From contig OZ025787.1 of NCBI GenBank assembly GCA_964019425.1, positions 1,178,001 through 1,242,000 on the forward strand: a DNA stretch of 64,000 nucleotides, given 5' to 3'. Numbering within the stretch: the first letter of the stretch is position 1; each line of letters starts with the position of its first letter. The position numbers were made by a program, and so were the translations under genes. Shown piece after piece: positions 20,042-30,284 of the stretch. This DNA comes from Flectonema sp. DT1601 (lineage: Eukaryota). The notes under the pieces are model-generated. The model had not been told where the DNA came from and ran no database searches. It saw only the letters and a list, made by a program, of their open reading frames with translations.

Positions 20042-23000
20042 TTAGTCCCATTGTCTATCCACTTTATTTTCCTTCATTCTGAGCATTCTTGCCCTTCTGT
20101 CAGGCCGAAGAGTCTGTTCTTTACAGAAGGGGCACTTTATCGGTAGTTTATTTACTCTGAGCAGGGGGTGAGAGCCCGTTCTGAACCTGGCTATCCTAAT
20201 CTCTGATTCTCTCAGCATGTCCTTGGGGTATCGAGCCGCTCTCAGGCCTCCGGTAGCATCAAGATATTGCCTAAGCATCACTCGTTTGATCAGTGGTTTC
20301 GCCCTTGCTGAATCCTCCATAATTTTACCAAACAGCTTTCTGTTAGCTTCCCTCACTATCCTTGACTTATGTGAGAAGAAGTCCATAGTCGTTGACACCG
20401 GCTTGCTCTTAACATCTTTTGAAATCTTTTTCGCCAGTTCATCTGCCTTGTCATGCGGTTCAATCCCACATGACCTGGGATGAATTGAAGGTGTACGAAT
20501 GAGTCTAATTTTCTTATCCCTTCTAGGCTAGTATCAAGAGAGAGTTCAGCTTCCTCTGAGCCGCAATTCCACCACGCAGCTCATCCAGATTGGATTTAGA
20601 ATCACTGAAGACTCTCGTGATTCCACATCTGGGACCCAAGACAGAGGTTGCTTTTCCAAATTCACTTATTAACAGCTTCAGAGTAACCTGTTCAGCTTTA
20701 TAACTACTTTCCGTCGCAATAAGTCTCGATGCCATGGTCCGTTTGCACGGCGTGATCTGCACTGCTGCTGCGCCTGCCGTGTAGTTGACAGGGTCGTGGG
20801 ATCCGTCAACAAAAATGGACGAGGTACATCCTAAGTTCGCTGCAGTACTCCTCGAACTTAGCCTTGTCCACTTCAGCAACACCAGTCTTCGAATGTCCAT
20901 ATCCACAAGATATCTCCAGGTTCGGAACATCTATCCATGGCTCGATGCTGTCAGGCATGACAATCCCTTGGATCTTCATATTACGGTCCTCAGCCGGTAA
21001 AGTTGAACTCCAAGTTCCACTAGCGATTCCCTTCGTAGAATGCACCCAATCCAGTGATCGATACCTGAATAAGGCAATCCTGGCTTGCTTCTCGATCTGC
21101 AGTCTCATCGGGAGTATGTTCGCCTCCCACAGTAACGGAAGGGAGGCCGCAGCCGGTGATCTTTCTAGCTATCTTCCTCAGATTCAGGTCAATAGGTTTT
21201 AGCTGTTCATCTGTCAAGAAAGGTCCATAGCTCTCAAGCCCATACAGAATTCTTGAGAGGATGTATAAGTTCTTGATCATGTTCAGCGTTTTGAAATAAA
21301 AGTTGAATAGCTCCAACTTTCGAAGCAGAACAAGTCCCTTCCTTGTCTCATCCATTAGTTTATCCACTTGTGTACCATATTTCAGGTCATCGTCAATATG
21401 GACACCCAAGTACTTAACACTATCCACCATTGGCATGAGTACGGCAGTCAGCAACTTCACCCAGGTCGGATCTGGACCCACTGGCATCAGTTCTAGAAGT
21501 TCACTTGCCTTCGTAACCTCTATATTACCCAGCTTGAGGATCATCGCCCCATTTCCAAGTAATGGCCTACCTTCTTCATTTGACCGAATCATCCCAGCCG
21601 GTTCCTCCCTACTGATCCGAAAGAAGTTCTCTCCTGACGTTCTGGGGAATCCCAGCCTCCAATACGTATTCCTAGGACAATCCACCGGCATCCCGCAGGT
21701 CTTCGAAACCGACAGTGCCATGTCATTATCTTTGCACCAACGATCTACTAACCCAAGGACTAATTGCGCCATCCGGTAAGTTACTTTAAAATCCTTATTC
21801 GAAACCACACAAGCTGTGTCGTCTGCGTAGAGTGCTGAAACACATCCCGTCTTCTCAAGTTTCTTAGCCAGGTCGTCGACATAAAGGATAAGATAAAGGA
21901 GAGGCCCAAAAATCGACCCTTGCGGAACACCTTTCGTCACAGTTCTGTATGTTCTCAGATTGCCATTGACACTAACCTTTGCCTTCCTTCGCGTCAGAAA
22001 GTTAGCGACCCATCCGATGAGAATGGTGAAGGAATCCCCATCGCCACCATTTTAGCAATCAGTTTAACATGATTTATCCTATCAAATGCCTCAGTGAAGT
22101 CGAAAGAGAGCAGTATTGAACTCTTACCACCTTTTCTCGCACCATGTAGCGCATTAACCAGCAGTGAGATTTGCTCGCAAGTATTCCTGCCCCTTCTGAA
22201 ACCTGCCTGAATGGAGGACAAGGCATTATTTGACGTCAGCCAATACATCAGCCTGTCGTAAATTATCCGTTCAAGCATTTTTCCGACTACAGATGTCAAC
22301 GTGATCGGTCTGTAGCTGGATAGCTTTTCTTTGGGTTTACCCGGTTTGTATACCGGTTTGATCATACCCTCTTTCCAGACCTTCGGAACTCTAGCTGAGA
22401 GCCAGGAGTCGTTGAATACCGATAACAGAAATCGTCTACCGGTTGCTGATAGGTTCTTCAGCATCGCCCCGTGGATTCCATCAGGACCAGGAGCCTTACC
22501 AGCTTTTACCTTCTTGATGGCGCGCTCAAGCTCAGACATCACCAGAGGTCCACAAGCACCTGCATAATCACTTGGCTTCAGCTTCGGAGATTTCAAACGT
22601 TTCCTGACAGAGGTCTTAACAAACTGATCTAGAAATTTGCTGGGGAGTAGGTCCTCACTGAATTCAGGGATTTGGATGTCTTGACCCCCATCGGCATCCA
22701 GGTCCTTAATCTTCCTGAAGGCGAATGCAAAACCTTCACCTTGTGCAAGTTTCTCAGCAACGAATTTTCCCTTCGCTTGTTTGGTCTCAGGGGTTGAGGC
22801 ATTCCACATTCTCCTCCTCTTACCCTGGATCCTGAGCCTTCTACGGATGTTCTTCTTCGCCACATGAAGCAGGATACGGTTTGTTGCCGCTCTGATACCC
22901 ACCTTCGGAGGACTGTTCACCTTGCTAAGTCGGTAATCCAAGTCAAGACGGAACCAGTACCAATCAGCTGTATTAAAGTCCCAGACTGATTTTTTCGATG

Positions 23001-23340
23001 CCTGGTTGTTCACTGTTTCCAGCGGTGAGAACGTATCAAAGACAGCAGCAAGAGGTAAGTGATCAGACCCATGTTCAGAGCCATCACCAATTAACCCGAA
23101 GTGTAGTAATTGTAACTCCTCGTGGTGGAGGATTGCATCCGGTGAAGTCCCGTGTCTCGGCAACGTCACAAATCCCGGATCGTTTGCAATTAGAAGGTTA
23201 TTAGATCTGCACCACTCTAGAAGTTGGCAACCTTTCGTGTCCGTCTTCTTCGACCAGAGTTTATGATGAGCATTGAAGTCACCAGCAAATATAAACCTTT
23301 CGTCACGCTTCAAAGGGAAGAGATCAAAATCTATCTTAGA
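20042..23340 (-). mobile_element. LINE-B: 5'-truncated, frameshifted APE-RT-RNaseH-CCHC non-LTR retrotransposon with 15-bp target-site duplication
   Basis: ORF pieces 21994-23409, 21020-21940, 20806-21108, 20523-20930 and 20042-20398 give GDFNAHH, SDHLPL, KAPGPDG, GVPQGS, YADD, VDGS, FSDSKS, CPFC. Flanked by AAAAGTTTTATTTAT at 20027-20041 and 23341-23355. Confidence 0.92.
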
Positions 23341-23362
23341 AAAAGTTTTATTTATAAAAAGC

Positions 23363-23484
23363 TTTTTCTTTTGGTTACACTCCAGACTCTTTGTTTTTGT
23401 TCTTTTCACTTCTATGTTTGTCTTTCTTTTTTTTACATTCTTTTTAACTCTTTAACTTAAGTCTGACAATTGGAACTAGAGCGG
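23363..23484 (-). mobile_element. Short LINE-A-type 3'-end fragment with internal deletion
   Basis: Minus strand CCGCTCTAGTT joined to CCAATTGTCAGACTTAAG...GAGTGTAACCAAAA; matches 19180-19190 and 19344-19450. Confidence 0.85.
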
Positions 23485-23492
23485 AAAAAAGG

Positions 23493-23550
23493 TTTTATTT
23501 TTTTATTTATTTATTTAGTCACATCCCCCCTGTCTTTCTACTTTGTTTTT
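23493..23550 (-). mobile_element. Short LINE 3'-end fragment of the 19706-20026 type
   Basis: TTTATTTAGTCACA(T/C)CCCCCCTGTCTTTCTACTTTGTTTTT is present at both 23511-23550 and 19712-19753. Confidence 0.85.
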
Positions 23551-25560
23551 GCATTACCTCAACAAGGAAGAAGTCTGGACGAAGAATACTTCGAAAAGGC
23601 CAGCAAAACGAGGCAACTGACGATGGTGTTCACACGACCACCTCCAAAACGTGCCCTACAACACGCAACTGACTGCAGTCAGATACAAACGCCAGTTCGA
23701 TTCGATGGACAATTAAAAATAAGAAGCTGGTGGTTCGTAGCTTTGTCTGGCACGATCCACCGTCCAACTCTAACGATCGCCAAGAAGATTAATCCACCGG
23801 TGACCCACGAATTAATTGCGTGGATAACAACTGAAGAGTTGACCAAGTCACAGGTCCAAAACCCAGCAGCTGTAACAGCAATGCCATAGCAATACTTAAA
23901 GCTCAACATGACCTCTGCCATGGACTCACCATCATACATGGCAAGATTGGATTGAGGGTGGTTTATCAAAAGGATGTTGATAAAGTTAGAAAGGGTGCTG
24001 GTAAATATGCATCCACAGTATTTGGCGAAGGGCTTCACCGTCTCAGTGGAGCAACGAAGTGATGGCGACAGCCATCACTTCGTTAATAGAAGCGGTAAAA
24101 AGGATTGAGAACAATCTTGGAATGAACAAGATTATTACAAATGAGAACAGGAATAACACTGGCCAATCATGATTGTGATCTAGTCAAATAACATTCGCTC
24201 AGTTCTGAAACCAGAAAATTACTTTCGATTGAACTGGGCACTGAGAGAAGAAAAGCCTGAAGTAGTACTACTACAGAAAACGTGGTTATCTGAAGAAAAA
24301 CATCTCACCATCGAAGGCTATTCAATATACAGAAGAGACAGCACCATCAAGTCAGGTCATCGAGGACTCGTCACTCTGGTCAGAAATGATTTAAATAAGA
24401 TAATATTAAAACACCCCGACATCTCACATGACCAAACTGAGATATTAACAGTAGTACTTCAATCTAATCCGCCATCGACAATTCACAATGTTTACCACCC
24501 TCCTGAAATCAAGGCAACAACCTGGAAGTTCAAATCGGAGCCCGGCACATTGATTGCGGGTGACATTAATGGACATCATTCAACTTGGTCAAATGGAAAT
24601 ACGAACACCACTGGTAACAGCTTCTACGATTGGTCACTAGAAGCAGCAATTAAAATTTTAAATAAACCTCAACAACAAACAAGACCACAAAGTTCAGCTT
24701 CTCCAGATGTAATTGCATTAGATATTTCAATGGATGCACAAATCGAACTCATGAAGGGATGGGGCAGCGATCACCTGCCACTCAAACTGACAATCGAAGA
24801 TATCAAAATAAATGAATATTCGAAAGAGAGTTCTGGGACATGGAAATGGAAGTGGCATTGTGCCGATTGGAATTATTATAAAATATTGTTGGAAAGGGCA
24901 GCGTCCAAATTAGAAAGAATTAAGAATGTTCAGAAACTCGCTACCAGGATCAACAACGAGATTCTGAGAGCAGCGAGAAGGGCCATCCCAGGCTACAACA
25001 AGAAGTCGAGTAGTACCTTCGCTGTGAGGGATTCAGAATTGGAAGATTTAATGGCAGAGACTGACCCTGATAAGACAGACTCAGAAGCAATTAAAAGAGG
25101 TATCAACATGATCAAACAGAAGATCATTGAGTGCGACATGACTGGAATGGACTACCGATGGGCCTTCAGAAAAGTTAAACAACTGGAAGGTAGAATGATG
25201 GACCATTCAATTACTAAGATTGCCGACGGTGAGAAGGAATTAACCGACTCGCGGGAGATGGCAGATGTCTTCACCAAAACATACGCCGACCAATTCAAAT
25301 TCGAAGACGGTGAACCAACCTTACAATCCCATCAGAAACTGAAAGGGCAGAAGAAATTCTAATTTCACAACTCGGAATTGGCGACTGTAAAGGGAAATGT
25401 CCTAGGTGCAGAGAAAAATACTCTGTAGAGCATCTGTTAGCAAAATGCTCAAAGTACAGAAAAGAGAGGAGAGAGCATCTTCAGAAAACACAAGAAGAGT
25501 TAAGGGATTGTCTTTCCACTGTACAAAAACTAGAGAATGTTTTTCTTTTTATGTCATCTT
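23551..25560 (+). mobile_element. LINE-C: degraded, internally deleted non-LTR element (ORF1 remnant + APE, RT/RNase H deleted, C-terminal CCHC retained)
   Basis: APE starts at ATG 24169 with an in-frame TAG, then LQKTWL, NVYHPP, GDINGHH, PD, SDHLP. At ~25338 another frame reads TERAEEILISQLGIG..CPRC..SVEHLLAKC, matching LINE-A MERADEIRIANFRTG..CPFC..HLLQGC. Confidence 0.85.
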
Positions 25561-26160
25561 CAAGAAGATATGTTTTTCCAAAAAAAGAAAAGAAAATTCG
25601 AGTCAGGAAACAGAGAAAATAATGAAGAAAACGTTATCCTTCAACGCACACTTTTCAATACTGTGATTCAAAACTCGCAACTGACTTGATTTCTCAAGCT
25701 TCCAAACAACCAAAGTAGCACCTACACCATGGGGACGGTCTGATTGTTGTTTGACTGACGGACGGATATAGATTGGGCACAGATCGAGAGTTTTTGAGAG
25801 ATCTTAGATGGAAGTCCACACCTTTCAGGCCATCCCCAAAAAGCAGCTACAGCTATGTCAATTCAAATCGCGACGAGCTGCAACTTCGAAATGAAGTTTT
25901 TAATTATTGTTCTTACCTTCTCCACATATTTACATATGTTATAAATATAAGTCATATCTTACGATTGACAATTCCTCCCATAAATAAATTTCTTTTTATT
26001 ATTTTATTTTTCACTTGCTTTACACGTGCTATTTGTAGCAACGGGGGGGAAATTTCAGATGGATTTGTGCTGGTGAAGTTCCAATGACGGAATTCGTTAG
26101 CTTGATTAACGAAATCAGAGTTCTTTGTTGCTCTGAGTGACGTTAACATTCAATCCAGGA

Positions 26161-26772
26161 ATGCAGCATCATGTCATCGAAGAATGGAGGGATACTCTCG
26201 TTAGTTATAAGTGTACTGATGCAGTAAATCGAATAACGGAAGGTGACATATTCGGAAATGAAATCGTGCGATTAATGAACATACGAGTTGGAATACGAGA
26301 CTGCGTAGTGTCGCGGAATGTCGAAAAGACCTTGGAGTCAAATGACGAGATTGTATCATGGAAAGGTGGCAACTGTATCCATCCTGAAGGTATTCTTGTG
26401 GTAAGAGACAATGGAGTGAACACTTGGCTCGTGTGGAGGAATAGCACTGCGGCGCCAACGATAACAACACCGAAATTTATGATTCAAAATATTGATGCGA
26501 TCTATTCAGAAGAGAGACCTCTTGAACTATTCCTCGTCACTCCTCAAACAGTAATTACATCTGTTGCGTGGCCTATGAGTGGTATTACTCTTTGGAACTC
26601 CCATAAGTGGCTTTCTGATTGGGAAGACTCCCTCAAAGCACAAACTGAAACAAGGGAGCCACGTAAACAGTTGCAGGCAGAGAGAACTCAGAAATCACGA
26701 CGTCGTTCTCGAGTACTTAGCCTGAGAAGAGCTCCCCTCTTCAAGCTAAAGAGACAACTAAAACAACAATGA
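26161..26772 (+). CDS. Hypothetical protein
   Basis: ~200-codon ORF with coding-like composition; no motif recognised; start uncertain. Confidence 0.45.
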   Translation: MQHHVIEEWRDTLVSYKCTDAVNRITEGDIFGNEIVRLMNIRVGIRDCVVSRNVEKTLESNDEIVSWKGGNCIHPEGILVVRDNGVNTWLVWRNSTAAPTITTPKFMIQNIDAIYSEERPLELFLVTPQTVITSVAWPMSGITLWNSHKWLSDWEDSLKAQTETREPRKQLQAERTQKSRRRSRVLSLRRAPLFKLKRQLKQQ

Positions 26773-26908
26773 GTTAGTTGTACGACTTTTTAAGACTCTT
26801 TTCATGTGAAAAGGGATTTAGTTTTTCCGAGAAATAACTGCTGTATTCTTTTCTGTTTTAACTTCTGAATGCTATTTATTTTCTTTTTGCAGCTACGTAC
26901 CTATTAAT

Positions 26909-27237
26909 ATGTCCACTCAGCTCATCAATAGAAAGAAGGGAAAGTTTGACACAAAAAAGTTTAATGACTTGACCAATGCGGATATAGAGTTTGCTCAGAA
27001 CTTAGTAAATCCAAACACCAGATATGTTCAATTAAAGATTATGGTGTTTGTTGGGTTATTACTAATTGGTTCATTGTTTTGTTATATGAAATATCCAATG
27101 TTGGAAATAGCTGTTCAATCATCATGGAACGACTACGACGAGCACTGTGTAGAACACCATGACAGGGATACTCAAGCGTGTGCTAATCACCTAATTGTAT
27201 GTCACGTGTTGTGTTCAGATAATATTTGCTATTAGTG

Positions 27238-27271
<34 letters not shown>

Positions 27272-27405
27272 AGCATATTCGCACTGATGAAACTGTAATC
27301 CAGGCTTTGCAGACTGGGTTTTACGGATGTGGTGCACTTGCATCTGTGGGAATTTACCTCTTATTAACAAGAACGAAGGAGGAATTGGAAAGCAAAATCC
27401 TTTAG
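26909..27405 (+). CDS. Two-exon gene (26909-27196, 27274-27405) for a 139-aa two-TM membrane protein
   Basis: Intron GTATGT...A(n)CAG at 27197-27273 (phase 0). Exon 2 reads HIRTDETVIQALQTGFYGCGALASVGIYLLLTRTKEELESKIL*. Upstream TTCTTTTTGCAG acceptor-like site. Confidence 0.75.
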
Positions 27406-27986
27406 GAGTACCGGCTCCTTTTCAGCTTCGTAAATTCCCTTAGCCTCTTGGATGGTTCCCCAGATTGATACACTTTTTGGGATCTTCGTGTGCTATGTCT
27501 ACCAATCAGCGTTCCTTAATTCGTTATTTAGATTGCTTCAATTCGATAGTTGAAGGGAGGGTTTAGCCGTTGTTCTTTTTTTCGTGAACGTGGAGAAAAC
27601 TCCTTATTTCAGCGACCCCCATGCTGCGATACTTCGGCTTTGATTTTGCCTCTCGCTGTCAAGAATTCGGGGAAAAAAAGAAAAAAAAAAAACTCCTGCG
27701 GCTGAATGTTATGGGTTTGTTGTCTGTTGTTAGCCCCCCATTGTTGTGGCTTGAATCAAAGATAAAAACCCATTTTATGGCCTAGTCTTTCTCTGCAATC
27801 ATGACTACCTCTCTCTTTCTTCCGATTCTTTGCAGCTTGCTGGGCAGCTGTATCAAAAAAATTATAACTGCTAGCTTGCTGGAGGGGGTGTTGGACCGAG
27901 AGAATGGAAAAAAAAAAAAAAAAAACTTCAACAACAGTAAAAGTCAGGGTTACTTTTTCAGCCATCAAAAAAAAAAAAAAAAGAAA

Positions 27987-29249
27987 ATGAGGGAAAAAAG
28001 GGTTCGCAGTAAGGATGTTCCTAGAAAACGACGTCATAAAGAGTATACACCAAGACGAAAGATATCATCAAAACGAAGTGTGAGCAGCAGCAGTAGCGCA
28101 TCAACAGTTGAAGAAAAGAAGAGAGCTGAGACACACTATTCAGGTGAGTCGGGGGATACTTTATCAGACAGCCGATACAAAATAATTCGTCAACTTGGGG
28201 AAGGAACATTCGCCAGAGTAATGGAATGCACAGATACAAAACACAACCAAAGAGTTGCTGTTAAAGTCATACGTGCAGAGCGAAAGTACATGGAAGGAGC
28301 AGAGGAAGAATTAGGAATTCTTAAAAAACTTGAAAAAAAAGCAAATCGTGATACCCGTAACAGCATATTATCAATTTTAAACGTATTTATGGAAAGGCGT
28401 GATGAACGAGCAGCGAAGCACACATGTATTGTGTTTCCATTGCTTGGACCGAGTGTCTTTCAGCTTCTTGAGATAAATCAGTATCGAGGATATTCAAATG
28501 AAATAGTCAGATCGATGTGTCTTCAGCTTCTAACAGCGTGTGAGTTTATTCACAGTCTTGGTATCGTTCATACTGACATCAAACCTGAGAATATCGTCTT
28601 TAAACACAAACAGATGATGCAAGTACCCTCATCACAGGTAACAACACCAAAAGCACCCAACGACTACGATTCCAGTAAGCTACACTTGGTACCAATGTCT
28701 GCAGAAATCGTTTTAATTGATTTTGGTTCAGCCTACGATCCCGAAAGTAATCTCGAAAATGGAAAAAAACGAAGCAACGTTGGAACCCGACACTACAGAC
28801 CTGTAGAAGCTGTACTAAACTTACCGTGGAATACACCTGCTGATGTATGGTCACTTGGTTGTATGTTTGTTGAGTTGAGTAGCGGAGAATGTGTTTTTCA
28901 AACACATGAAAATCTTGAGCACTTAGCGATGATGGATCAGCTTCTAGGACCATTCCCTTCAAACATGGTATCGGAACATCGTTCTATAATGAGAAGTAAG
29001 GATCAACAACCTTACATCACTAGAGATGGTCGATCAGATTGGCCTCTCCGCAACACTCGTCAATCAAACATCGACTTTGTAAGAGATTTACCGTCACTTA
29101 GTAGACAGTGTGAGAGTATGCATGATTATAAAACAAGACAAAATGATTTCTTATCTCTTATCAGAGGTCTTCTTAGGTATGATCCGGAGAGGAGAATGAC
29201 TTGTAAGGAAGCTCTTCGACACAGGTTTCTAAAAAATACGACGTTGTGA
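27987..29249 (+). CDS. CLK: CLK/LAMMER family dual-specificity protein kinase
   Basis: LGEGTF, VAVKVIR, HTDIKPEN, IDFGSA, TRHYRPVE, EHLAMMDQLLG (LAMMER motif); R/S-rich N-terminus. Start taken at MREKR, after the TTTTTCAG acceptor-like site. Confidence 0.92.
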   Translation: MREKRVRSKDVPRKRRHKEYTPRRKISSKRSVSSSSSASTVEEKKRAETHYSGESGDTLSDSRYKIIRQLGEGTFARVMECTDTKHNQRVAVKVIRAERKYMEGAEEELGILKKLEKKANRDTRNSILSILNVFMERRDERAAKHTCIVFPLLGPSVFQLLEINQYRGYSNEIVRSMCLQLLTACEFIHSLGIVHTDIKPENIVFKHKQMMQVPSSQVTTPKAPNDYDSSKLHLVPMSAEIVLIDFGSAYDPESNLENGKKRSNVGTRHYRPVEAVLNLPWNTPADVWSLGCMFVELSSGECVFQTHENLEHLAMMDQLLGPFPSNMVSEHRSIMRSKDQQPYITRDGRSDWPLRNTRQSNIDFVRDLPSLSRQCESMHDYKTRQNDFLSLIRGLLRYDPERRMTCKEALRHRFLKNTTL

Positions 29250-29404
29250 ATTTAAAGTATACTTTCTTGGATTTTAAAAAAGAAAAAAAAAGTTGTGTGC
29301 CAATTCTCTAGCTATTACACAATACTGACAAAATAACTTGCTTGTTTATTATTATTATTTTTCGTTTTTGTTTTTGTTTGCGACCGACGAAGTCGGAGAA
29401 GAAA

Positions 29405-29519
29405 CTATTCAGATTAAAAGAGCCGTTTATTTTATTATGTCAAATGTTATCTATTTTCCCTGTGCTCCGGGTAATGCTGTCTGCGATCAATAAAATACAA
29501 AAGGCTTTTATCTGAATGG
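29405..29519. mobile_element. Short MITE-like dispersed repeat (second copy at 60584-60682)
   Basis: Imperfect inverted ends CTATTCAGATTAAAA..GCC / GGCTTTTATCTGAATGG; internal TATTTTCCCTGTGC..GTAAT..CTGCGATCAA shared by both copies. Confidence 0.65.
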
Positions 29520-30284
29520 TTTATGTAATTGGTTCTTTAAGGAGTAGTCGTTTTCGAGCTTGACCAAAAAAAGTTTTTTTTCTCCCCGCTCACGTCCTTC
29601 CAAGAGTAGATGAATTACCATCAGAAATCCACCTTGAGGGCTACGATTATATATTATATACTGTGGTGCAGTATGTAGGTGTTTACGACTTGATTCGAAC
29701 TTATTAGGACGGAAACTTTCATTCAGTACGAACCCTGGTCGGGTCGATTTATATTTGTAGTATTTGGTATTTCAATTCTTTTTATTATCTTTTCTTTCTG
29801 CTTTTGGTTTTTTCAAAAAAAAAAAAAAAAAAAATACGCTTCGATTTCCCCATTCCTAAAAACCATTTCCCCATATCATAAGTTAAATCGGTAAGAAGGG
29901 GAAAAAAAAAAAAACAACAATAATTAGTACATTGCGAGCTCTCTATTTTTCTTATTTAATTTTGCACGCAATTCTTGTATTGTGTGTTGCTCGAGACACT
30001 TTATTGTTATTGTTATCATTCAAGGACGGGGAAAAAAAAAAAAAAAAAAAAAGAGTAACTTTGCCTTACATGTTGCAAACTATTAAGTATCCACGTTTTT
30101 TTCTTTTTCCTTTTCTTTTTTTTTGTTTATTTTCTTAAACAGGCAAAACCAAACAGCAGATATTTGTTAAAAGAGATAGTTGTCACATGGTTCTTGTTAT
30201 ACTGGATTAATTATTTCAATTCAAAAAAAAAAAAATAAATAAATAGGTCCAGCGGGCTGCTATTGTCTCAACCCCGCAAACAAA

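Noticed and set aside
23341..23409. N-terminus (MKRTKTKSLECNQKK) of the 21994-23409 ORF
   Set aside because: Read-through from the adjacent LINE 3'-end fragment and TSD, not real ORF2 sequence.
27801..27986. N-terminal extension of the CLK ORF
   Set aside because: Runs through poly(A) tracts and lies upstream of a TTTTTCAG acceptor-like site; ATG 27987 is more plausible.
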